A DNA stretch of 32,000 bases from positions 1 to 32,000 of the forward strand of contig PRDJ01000001.1 in the NCBI GenBank assembly GCA_003345555.1. Direction: 5' to 3'. Positions 24,993-32,000 of the stretch are shown one piece after another (the stretch's first letter is position 1; every line of letters begins with the position of its first letter). Source of the stretch: Candidatus Thorarchaeota archaeon. Lineage in GTDB: Archaea > Asgardarchaeota > Thorarchaeia > Thorarchaeales > Thorarchaeaceae. Both the position numbers and the translations under genes were made by a program. The notes below the pieces were generated by a model. That model was not told the DNA's origin. It searched no databases and was given only the letters and a program-made list of their open reading frames with translations.

Positions 24993-26279
24993 TCACTTGG
25001 CGTAAACGGCAAGCTTGTTGCCTTTGTTGAAGACAAGTATCTTTGTCTTTGGATCTTGGCCGATCCATTCGTCGACGACCGCCTGTGGGTCATCCACTTT
25101 CTCAAGATGTGCGGCTTCGACCGTTTGAGAATCAAGGTTGGTGTACATTCTAACCCGACTGATGCGCTTGAGAAGCTCTGCGAATTTGTAGGCCTTGTGT
25201 TCGTACAGATGATACTCGCCATGAATAGAGCTGAGCACTTCGTCAAGCGGCGCAGTCAACTTCTTGTAGAAATTCTCTATGGCCTCACTTGGAGCTACAC
25301 CATCTATACACTCTGCAACCAGAAGGATCTCGCCGCCATCAGCGACTGCATTCTTGCACAGTTCCACAGCCCTCTGCGCATGATAGAGGCTCTTGTCCTC
25401 AGGATAGCCGCCCGGAGAGATGATGACTCTTGGAACAGGCTTCACAACGAAGCTGTCCATCTCATCAACCACTTCGATTCCTCCTGCTATGACGGGTTGT
25501 AGCTTCCCAGCATCTGCCCACACAAGCTTGTTTTCATCTGAAACAATAGCAAGCGCGAAGACTTTCGCATCTCTGGTAATAATCTCCATTGCCTCTCTCA
25601 TGTCGTCAGCAAGAGGGTTGTCCCTTCTGTTTTCGTCTGGATGGTACGGATGTCGTCCAAAGGTTGACCTAGGATCCAATGCCAGTGAGTGATTTGCTTC
25701 GATTGTCGCGAAGGCACAGACTCCCGGCAGGAAATCCTTGAGAGCATTGGAGTACCCGCCGAAGTAATGCGCTTTCATGTCCGAGAGTGCAATGTATACA
25801 TCATGATGAGCTGCGGCATTAGAAATGATAACCGGCGTCCCTCTGTGCGTCTTTCCGAGATTGACCACATCGGTATCGTGGCAGTCGTTGATCTTTACCC
25901 TGTAGCTGCCTAGACCTACATCTTTCGAGGCTCTATTTATCATCTCCAGTATCTCTAGGTTGCCCGTGTGCTCGACTTCGTGTGAGCCTGTGGTTATGAT
26001 GAACTGCACGCGGCTGGCGTCTCTCAGAGACGGTAAGACGGCATTGATGAGTTCCCAGCGGGGCTCTTCCCTGGTATGATCCTCCACGAGAACACAAACA
26101 CTTCTGCCTCTTACGAGGCTCGCCAAGGGCGGACCGTGAGGGTTTTCCATTGCGTGCTTCAGTTCGTCCAGAGTGTTCCCTTTGCTTCGTGGACTCTTTG
26201 GTCCGAACACGCCTGCCAGATTCCGCTTTGGAATCTCAATTTGTACCTCTCCGCGGCCACTTCTCACGCTGACTTTCAC
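24993..26279 (-). CDS. larA: LarA-family nickel-pincer (NPN) 2-hydroxyacid racemase/epimerase
   Basis: EDHTR, TGSH, HYFGGYSNALKDFLPG, ANH, SPGGYPEDKSLY and ECIDG motifs. GTG start at 26279 (MKVSVRSGRGEVQIEIP resembles LarA N-termini). Confidence 0.85.
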   Translation of the reverse strand: MKVSVRSGRGEVQIEIPKRNLAGVFGPKSPRSKGNTLDELKHAMENPHGPPLASLVRGRSVCVLVEDHTREEPRWELINAVLPSLRDASRVQFIITTGSHEVEHTGNLEILEMINRASKDVGLGSYRVKINDCHDTDVVNLGKTHRGTPVIISNAAAHHDVYIALSDMKAHYFGGYSNALKDFLPGVCAFATIEANHSLALDPRSTFGRHPYHPDENRRDNPLADDMREAMEIITRDAKVFALAIVSDENKLVWADAGKLQPVIAGGIEVVDEMDSFVVKPVPRVIISPGGYPEDKSLYHAQRAVELCKNAVADGGEILLVAECIDGVAPSEAIENFYKKLTAPLDEVLSSIHGEYHLYEHKAYKFAELLKRISRVRMYTNLDSQTVEAAHLEKVDDPQAVVDEWIGQDPKTKILVFNKGNKLAVYAK

Positions 26280-26393
26280 GTCTGACGCCCTTCCTAGACT
26301 GGACTGACATGCAGAAAAGGCTTGACTAGCCTGCACTTTGTTCGATATTTCATACCGAAACTGATATTCACGGATGGGGCAGAGAGAAGGCAC

Positions 26394-26735
26394 ATGGCTG
26401 ACTCGGCGAAAGGAGATCAAAGCGGGCTCGGTGGAGCAGGCAAATACCTGGCCGTAGCCTCAGAACTTCCGTGTACTGTAGTGGCAATGCTTTTCGCCGG
26501 GCAGATTGTTGGTTCCTCAATGTGGGGTCTACAGGGTGGTACTTGGGGTGCCATCATAGGAACGGTCGCAGGATTCATTCTGGGCGCCTATGGTGTGTAC
26601 GTCACGCTGGGATACTTTGAGAGAATGGAACGTGACGCGCGAGTGAAACAGAAGTACATGCCAACTCCTGAGGAGATTGCCGAGGACGTTCTCTTCTCTC
26701 TCGATGATGAAGACCCCGGCGGCTCTACTTCGTAA
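26394..26735 (+). CDS. AtpZ/AtpI-like two-TM protein (F-type ATP synthase accessory family)
   Basis: YLAVASEL...VAMLFAGQIVG...GAIIGTVAGFILGAYGVYVTL resembles the AtpZ/I pattern (EL......G...G..LD......W....G...G...G...VY). Confidence 0.55.
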   Translation: MADSAKGDQSGLGGAGKYLAVASELPCTVVAMLFAGQIVGSSMWGLQGGTWGAIIGTVAGFILGAYGVYVTLGYFERMERDARVKQKYMPTPEEIAEDVLFSLDDEDPGGSTS

Positions 26736-27321
26736 ACTCTGAGTCGTCTGCATCGAGAACCTCAGTTATGATCCTCGAAGCATTTCTTCCTACTCCTGCA
26801 ATTATAATCTGAATCAGGAGTGCAATGAAGAAGGCTCCCATTGCCCAGGTGAACAGGCGCAGAGAGATGGAGTTGTAGACTTCAATCAGGGGGTACACGA
26901 TATTCTTGTCGATTAGCCACCATGTGTAGAACCCCGTGACTCCCATGAGAACCACGAGAATCGCATAGATGTATACGACAGTCTTCACTCTCGGAGTGTC
27001 CAGCCGAACCGTCTGAAGACCGGGTCCCGTGACTGCATCACTTATGCGTCTCGAGAATCGAATGAAGATGCTAATGGCAGCAAGGAATATAATCAGTGCC
27101 AGAATACTCCCCATCAACAACAACAGTATCTGAATGTCTGTGCTCAATCCCGGGATGATTCGCCCTATGTAGAATGCTGCGAGTGACCCCAGCATCACAA
27201 TGACTGAGAGAATCTGAACGACAAAGGTGATTATCGCCGAACCTCTAAACAAGCTGCCAATATCGAAAAGTTCTGAATGTTCATGTCCGATTGCCTTGTC
27301 CTCTCCGGTCGTTTGGTTCAC
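26725..27321 (-). CDS. Hypothetical membrane protein (4 TM, 198 aa)
   Basis: Two TM hairpins, each followed by a basic amphipathic segment. A TATA-like TTCATATAAC lies about 25 nt upstream, compatible with a leaderless GTG start. Confidence 0.7.
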   Translation of the reverse strand: MNQTTGEDKAIGHEHSELFDIGSLFRGSAIITFVVQILSVIVMLGSLAAFYIGRIIPGLSTDIQILLLLMGSILALIIFLAAISIFIRFSRRISDAVTGPGLQTVRLDTPRVKTVVYIYAILVVLMGVTGFYTWWLIDKNIVYPLIEVYNSISLRLFTWAMGAFFIALLIQIIIAGVGRNASRIITEVLDADDSEFTK

Positions 27322-27460
27322 TCCCGCGCTAGCAGAAGCCGCCAGTTATATGAACTCTTCTTTTCGTCCTCAACTGTAAAAGCTGTTAGACAAGCTTATA
27401 TGTTGCATCCAGACTGCAGCCTTCGTTTCCCCCAAGACCAAAGAAGGCGGTCTATGAAAG

Positions 27461-28525
27461 ATGGCCACCCAAGCTGCAAGAGAGTACGCATTCGTCAATG
27501 CGCGGATTCGCGGTATCAAATCGCGATTTCTGACGAGCGGGGAGTACGAGCGTTTCTTGCAGTCAGGTAGCTATGAGGAGTTCATCAAGCTTCTCGCAAA
27601 CACCCATTATGGACCGATTATGGAGCGTGAATTTCCGCAGGGGATGCCAGCGCCTGATGAACTGGCAATCATACTATCGAAGGATTTCGCTGAGGTCAGC
27701 TACAGCATCTCTCGGTCCCTGACTGGAAGAGTAGGCGAGTTCACGGATGTATACATGAACATGTTTCTTGCTGAGAGCCTCAAATCCCTCATCCGCGGGT
27801 TACACGTTGGGCTCGACCGTGAAGAGATACTGAGATTCTCGGTGCCTACTTCTCCGGAACAGGCAGAGGTTCTGTCTGAGCTGGCAGATGCCGGCTCGGT
27901 TCAGAAGCTTATTGATGCTGTGCCATATCGTGATGTGAAGGTGGCGCTGCTGACAAGGCTTCCCATGTACGAGGAGTTGGCTTCGACGGCACCACTTGAA
28001 GTGGCACTTGAGGAATGGTTTCTTAGGTCAGTGACGGAAGTCCTCAAGGGTTTTTCAATCGCAGACCGAAAGCGAGTGGAAGGTCTACTTGAGACTAGGG
28101 TCGACCTTCGAAATGTCATGACTATGCTTCGCGCACTTGTTCTAGGAATGGATTCTCGTGACATTGATATGTCTTTAGTCCGATTTACGCTTAAGTCCAA
28201 GTCATTGGCTGAATCAATCAAGACACAAACAACCTGGCGTGATGTCTTTACGCGGCTTGAGAAGACAAAATACGCACAACTGGCCGGCAGACTTGCGAGG
28301 CTCTATGAGGACACACAGGACTTGGCGAGTGTAGAGTTGGCAATCGAAGACTACCTAGCACAGCAGGTCAAGCTTCTAATGGGTGCATTCCCGTTTCACT
28401 CTGGAACCGTCCTGGGTTTCTTTAGCTTAAAATTCTACGAAATCCGGAATATCCGGTCCATTGCTGTGGGAATCGAAAGGGGCGAATCAACTGATATCAT
28501 AAGACGCATGATTACAATATGGTGA
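27461..28525 (+). CDS. atpC: A/V-type ATP synthase subunit C (V0 d homologue)
   Basis: YAFVNARIRGIKSRFLT, VDLRNVMTMLR and EIRNIRSIAVG motifs; 354 aa. Confidence 0.92.
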   Translation: MATQAAREYAFVNARIRGIKSRFLTSGEYERFLQSGSYEEFIKLLANTHYGPIMEREFPQGMPAPDELAIILSKDFAEVSYSISRSLTGRVGEFTDVYMNMFLAESLKSLIRGLHVGLDREEILRFSVPTSPEQAEVLSELADAGSVQKLIDAVPYRDVKVALLTRLPMYEELASTAPLEVALEEWFLRSVTEVLKGFSIADRKRVEGLLETRVDLRNVMTMLRALVLGMDSRDIDMSLVRFTLKSKSLAESIKTQTTWRDVFTRLEKTKYAQLAGRLARLYEDTQDLASVELAIEDYLAQQVKLLMGAFPFHSGTVLGFFSLKFYEIRNIRSIAVGIERGESTDIIRRMITIW

Positions 28526-28541
28526 CGGAGGACAATATCCA

Positions 28542-28940
28542 GTGAATTTCGACAAGCAACTACTCAACAGTGCGGCGACAGTAGCATCTTCGACGCTCTT
28601 TGCCGCGCTGATGCTCATATGCACAACCTGGTTGAACAGATCATCAGATGTGAGTTCGTTGGGTTTGCAGCCTAGACCCATTCTTGAGCTCCTCCAAGCT
28701 GCCGTTAGTGAATGGGCAATCTTCGGTATTGCAGTAGGCGCGGGTCTTGCTGTGGGCTTGGCAGGTGTAGGTGCAGCTCTAGGCATGGGCACTGCATCAG
28801 CAGCTGCGCTCGGTGCTATCACGGAGAAACCGGAAACCTTCGGGAAGAGCATTCTCTACGTTGTGTTCATAGAGGCGGTAGCCATCTATGGACTGGTGAT
28901 TTCGTTCCTATTGCTTGGTTACATTCCACAGTTGATGTAG
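28542..28940 (+). CDS. atpK: A/V-type ATP synthase subunit K (c-ring proteolipid), single hairpin with an N-terminal leader
   Basis: GAGLAVGLAGVGAALGMG...GAITEKPETFGKSILYVVFIEAVAIYGLVISFLL; GGAGG RBS 10 nt before the GTG. Confidence 0.95.
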   Translation: MNFDKQLLNSAATVASSTLFAALMLICTTWLNRSSDVSSLGLQPRPILELLQAAVSEWAIFGIAVGAGLAVGLAGVGAALGMGTASAAALGAITEKPETFGKSILYVVFIEAVAIYGLVISFLLLGYIPQLM

Positions 28941-29091
28941 CTGAAGGATCAAGAGATTGTGCCACGAGAGCAGCATTAGGCCTTGCTTCAGTCCTGCGGT
29001 TAGAATCCAGGAGTCGCACGGCTCGAAGAGAGAGCTTGTGAGTGGGATTGCGATAGATGAGCAGTCTTCTGGGGGCTGCAGTTTCTCCTCC

Positions 29092-29721
29092 TTATTCAGA
29101 TGCTGCCTTTTCTCTGAAGAGCACTCGTGCAGCCAACTCCCTCATGCGGCCGCTCAGCCGTTCCGCTCTTGCTTCTATGGTGTTGTCAACCTGTTTTGGA
29201 AGGTCCTTTGCCCTGATGATTAGCCCCCCGGATGATCTAACGGTTTCTTTGGCAAGAGCGACAGATACTTTCTCTCCGGTGACCTTTGATACTGCCTTAG
29301 CAACCTCTGCAGGGTCAATGTCCGCCTTCTGTTTCTCCGGGAATACTAGTTCTAGCGATTGAATGCCGAGTGCAGCCGCTCCCTCTACGGCAAGCCCGAT
29401 GAGTATCTCCTTGCGCTTCTTGCCTTCAATCTCCTTCTCCGCCGCTTTGGTGGCTGAGTCCAGAACATCCTTGATTAGACTCTCTTTTGCATCAAGTGTC
29501 CGGTACTTGGCCTTGAGCTTCATGCTTGCCTCATACCTCGCCAGTTCCGCCTTCTGTTCTTTCTCTGCCTTCTTTGCAGTCGAATCTGCGAGATCGGCAG
29601 CTTTCTCTCTTGCTTCTTTAAGTCGTAACTCCCTTAGTTCTTCTGCTTCCTTCATAATCTTCTCTGCCTTTTCAGCAGTCTTGGCTTCAATCATGTCAAG
29701 TATGCCCTTTGCACCGCTCAT
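29092..29721 (-). CDS. atpE: A/V-type ATP synthase subunit E (peripheral stalk)
   Basis: N-terminal charged coiled coil (ILDMIEAKTAEKAEKI..EAEE) and C-terminal SGGLII...VDNTIEAR motif. Confidence 0.9.
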   Translation of the reverse strand: MSGAKGILDMIEAKTAEKAEKIMKEAEELRELRLKEAREKAADLADSTAKKAEKEQKAELARYEASMKLKAKYRTLDAKESLIKDVLDSATKAAEKEIEGKKRKEILIGLAVEGAAALGIQSLELVFPEKQKADIDPAEVAKAVSKVTGEKVSVALAKETVRSSGGLIIRAKDLPKQVDNTIEARAERLSGRMRELAARVLFREKAASE

Positions 29722-29722
29722 C

Positions 29723-30049
29723 TCAAGACTCCCCCCTTAGTAGCATATTGACGACACTCTGGATCGCGGCGGTCCTCCGGCCTCGCGCAGATTCCTCTAG
29801 CGTAGCAACGGAGGCATCAGTTTCGTTCCGTATCCTCTGCTCTATCTCAGCTTTCCTCTTGTCGATGTCTGAGTTCAAAAGAAGAGTCGCCCTTCTTGTC
29901 TGCTCTTCGGCCTCCTTGAGGATTTGCTTTGCTTCAGCCTCGGTCTGTTCCTTCATCTCATTGACTCGCTGTTGCGCTTCCAGTATCTTTCTGGCCGCTG
30001 CTTCTTCCGCTTCATGTATCATCTCCAAGTCGTCATTGGCTGCACACAT
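29723..30049 (-). CDS. atpH: A/V-type ATP synthase subunit H/G (peripheral stalk)
   Basis: 108-aa E/K/A-rich coiled coil (IHEAEEAAARKILEA...), ending with AIQSVVNMLL; stop 1 nt before atpE. Confidence 0.8.
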   Translation of the reverse strand: MCAANDDLEMIHEAEEAAARKILEAQQRVNEMKEQTEAEAKQILKEAEEQTRRATLLLNSDIDKRKAEIEQRIRNETDASVATLEESARGRRTAAIQSVVNMLLRGES

Positions 30050-30129
30050 GGTAAACCTCTCCGGGCGTGGCGAGTTGAAGCTCCCGCGGCTAATCTCCTG
30101 ATAAAGATTGACCCTGCCGAATAGCCCGC

Positions 30130-30165
30130 CCGAGTCTCGGACTCACTCAGACACTACGTTTAAAT
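30130..30165. promoter_or_regulatory. Candidate bidirectional promoter between atpH and atpI
   Basis: Self-complementary TTTAAA box at 30159-30164. Overlapping dyads CCGAG-T-CTCGG (30130-30140) and GAGTC-TCG-GACTC (30132-30144). Confidence 0.35.
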
Positions 30166-30260
30166 CGGTCCAACCAGCGCTGTGCCCACTCAGCCCGACT
30201 GATACCAAGCGTCCGACATCACGGGTTGACGTGAACCTAGATGCCACGGTGACGGCAGAA

Positions 30261-32000
30261 ATGCGCCTATCGATGAGTCCTGCAGAGATGGTGATTGCCA
30301 AAGTCGTCTCGCATAGAGACTTCGAAAGGCAGGTAGTCATGGCACTAGAGGAGTTCGGTCTTTTTGAGTTCATAGATGTACGCCAGCAGGTAGGACTTTC
30401 TGAAGTGAAGAGGTCCAGAGAAGAGGAGACCGTTTTTTCTGTTCTTGACAGATGCTCCAATCTCGTTTCTTTTCTGAAACTGGACGTCCGTCATCATGGT
30501 CGTTTGCCAACTGTTATCGATGATACGAGCTTATCAGGCTCTCTTGATTATGTCGGTGGAGTTATCAAGTCTGTTGAGCCCGAAACGCTCGAACTCGAAA
30601 AAAGCATTGCATCTGCCGGGCTCGAACTTGAGCGACAGCGTGGCACTAGAGACATAGCAGTCTCATTGAAACCTCTCAGACTTGATCTGGCTCGAATTGG
30701 CACCACAGAATATACTTTCACGACGGCTGGGGTTTTGCCAACCGCCCACGTGACCCAGCTTCAATGGAGTTTAAGCGAGGTTACGGAAGGTGCTCTCGCC
30801 TTCAGGTCAATCGCGGTGAGGAAAGGAGTATCCGTAGCTAGCATCAGCGTTCCGGTTGATCGAAAGCCCGCAGTACTACGCATACTCTCGGCCTTAGGAT
30901 TCGAGACCTTCGAAGTGCCGGAGAAAACGGCCGGACGCCCTGATGAAATCGTGAAGGCAGCCGAGGAAAGGATGGCAGATTTAGAACGCGAGCTTGACCA
31001 ACTTGAGTCCAAGAGAAAATCTATCGCCAATGAGTGGGGTCAACGAGTCATAGCCGCTTGGGAAATCCTAGATATTGAGCGCCGGCGGGTCGAGGTTAAG
31101 TCCTTCTTTGCCTACACTGAGCATTCACTTAAGGCATGGGGGTGGATTCCAGAAGGTACCGAAGAGCGACTTGAGTCTCTGCTGCGAGAAAGAGTTGGCA
31201 CGGCAATTGAAGTGAAGTTCGACCGACCCGATTTTGCAGAGGAGGAGTCGCCGACCTATCTCACGAATCCGTCATTCATGAAAGCCACCCAGGGTGTGGT
31301 GACCGCATACGGAGTGCCCTCGAAACATGATATTGACCCTACGAAGCTCATGTTCATTTCATTCCCCTTGATATTCGGGCTCGTGTTTGCGGATGTCGGA
31401 CAAGGCTTCATCATACTGCTGATCGGTCTCGGAGCTTGGAGGTCCACCCGCAAGGGTCAGGACTGGGGGTCCACGCTTGGGTATTTGCAGACTGGCGCGC
31501 AGGGTCTGATGATGATGGGAGTCTTCGCCATGCTCGGAGGGTTCCTTTTCGGCAGCTTCTTTGGATCAGAAACAGTAATCGAACCCCTCTGGCCGCTTTT
31601 TGTACACACTTTGGAGGACGGCAAGGCCAATCCGTATCGGTCTGCGCATATGCTGAAACTGTCAATTGAGATAGGCGTGATTCACATTACCCTGGGCATT
31701 CTGCTGAGTCTTTACAATAAGCTGAAACATCATGCCTACCGCGAAGCGATGGTATCTTTGTCCTACGTTTGGATGTATCTCGGGTTCGTCAATCTTGTAT
31801 TCGGTGTGAGCTACAACAGCGTGAACAGCTGGTTCAGTTCCGCAGGTGCAGTCTACATGTGGATTCCATTCTTGGGGATTGGCCATGGCACAGGCAATAA
31901 TGGCATCTACCCGATGCTACCAATCAGTCCGTTCATCTTCACTTTGGCGGCCTTCATTGTACCCTTCGTATTAATGGCTGTGACATCGATGAAAGGAGGT
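30261..32000 (+). CDS. atpI: A/V-type ATP synthase subunit I (V0 a homologue); 3'-truncated by the window edge, not in the ORF track
   Basis: Open frame read manually from about 30261 (MRLSMSPAEM...) to 32000 with no stop. Contains PTYLTNP...YGVPSKHDIDPT...FPLIFGLVFADVGQG, the subunit I signature. Start uncertain (30231, 30249, 30261 or 30273). Confidence 0.92.
   Translation, partial: MRLSMSPAEMVIAKVVSHRDFERQVVMALEEFGLFEFIDVRQQVGLSEVKRSREEETVFSVLDRCSNLVSFLKLDVRHHGRLPTVIDDTSLSGSLDYVGGVIKSVEPETLELEKSIASAGLELERQRGTRDIAVSLKPLRLDLARIGTTEYTFTTAGVLPTAHVTQLQWSLSEVTEGALAFRSIAVRKGVSVASISVPVDRKPAVLRILSALGFETFEVPEKTAGRPDEIVKAAEERMADLERELDQLESKRKSIANEWGQRVIAAWEILDIERRRVEVKSFFAYTEHSLKAWGWIPEGTEERLESLLRERVGTAIEVKFDRPDFAEEESPTYLTNPSFMKATQGVVTAYGVPSKHDIDPTKLMFISFPLIFGLVFADVGQGFIILLIGLGAWRSTRKGQDWGSTLGYLQTGAQGLMMMGVFAMLGGFLFGSFFGSETVIEPLWPLFVHTLEDGKANPYRSAHMLKLSIEIGVIHITLGILLSLYNKLKHHAYREAMVSLSYVWMYLGFVNLVFGVSYNSVNSWFSSAGAVYMWIPFLGIGHGTGNNGIYPMLPISPFIFTLAAFIVPFVLMAVTSMKGG

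Noticed and set aside
24855-25502. 215-aa plus-strand ORF
   Set aside because: Antisense shadow of the larA 3' half, with no motif support.
1-32000. CRISPR arrays, IS elements, integrases, tRNA/rRNA genes, and in-frame UGA (selenocysteine) recoding
   Set aside because: No regularly spaced repeats, terminal inverted repeats, transposase/integrase motifs or cloverleaf patterns were seen by eye. All conserved Cys positions are ordinary Cys codons, and UGA stops fall at expected protein ends. tRNAscan-SE/Infernal would be needed to be definitive.

Overview
Archaeal genomic window (A/V-type ATPase genes, TATA boxes, GGAGG/GAGGTG ribosome-binding sites, a glycosylated C-anchored solute-binding protein and an arrestin-fold gene). 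It is consistent with an Asgard (Thorarchaeia-like) or related anaerobic archaeon, but taxonomy cannot be fixed from this window alone. The window is a bioenergetic island. Its centre is a complex I-like operon in a non-canonical order: nuoA-J-K-C-D-H-I-[extra HyfB/MrpD-like antiporter]-L-M-N (8605-20019). No nuoEFG or fpoF is in the window. The missing nuoB is 1.8 kb upstream, fused in frame to the C-terminus of a VAO/GlcD-family FAD oxidoreductase (4872-6827). The operon encodes four antiporter-like pumps, and the NuoL transverse helix carries a 26-aa tandem duplication, the signature expected if the fourth pump is built into the complex. The quinone-site and E-channel residues also diverge from canonical complex I. 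Flanking genes are a MenA-like prenyltransferase, a 2x[4Fe-4S]+2xCCG (HdrD/GlcF/GlpC-type) protein, an orphan family-5 solute-binding protein, an arrestin-N protein, a Cys-rich V4R-like protein, a CruF-like membrane protein, a GIY-YIG nuclease, a GlpK-like kinase, a LarA-family racemase and an AtpZ/I-like gene. A rearranged H+-type A/V-ATPase cluster follows (C,K forward; E,H reverse; I forward and running off the end). No rRNA, tRNA, CRISPR array or mobile element was seen. The best candidate for an undescribed system is a four-pump complex I homologue with a flavoprotein input module covalently attached to NuoB.
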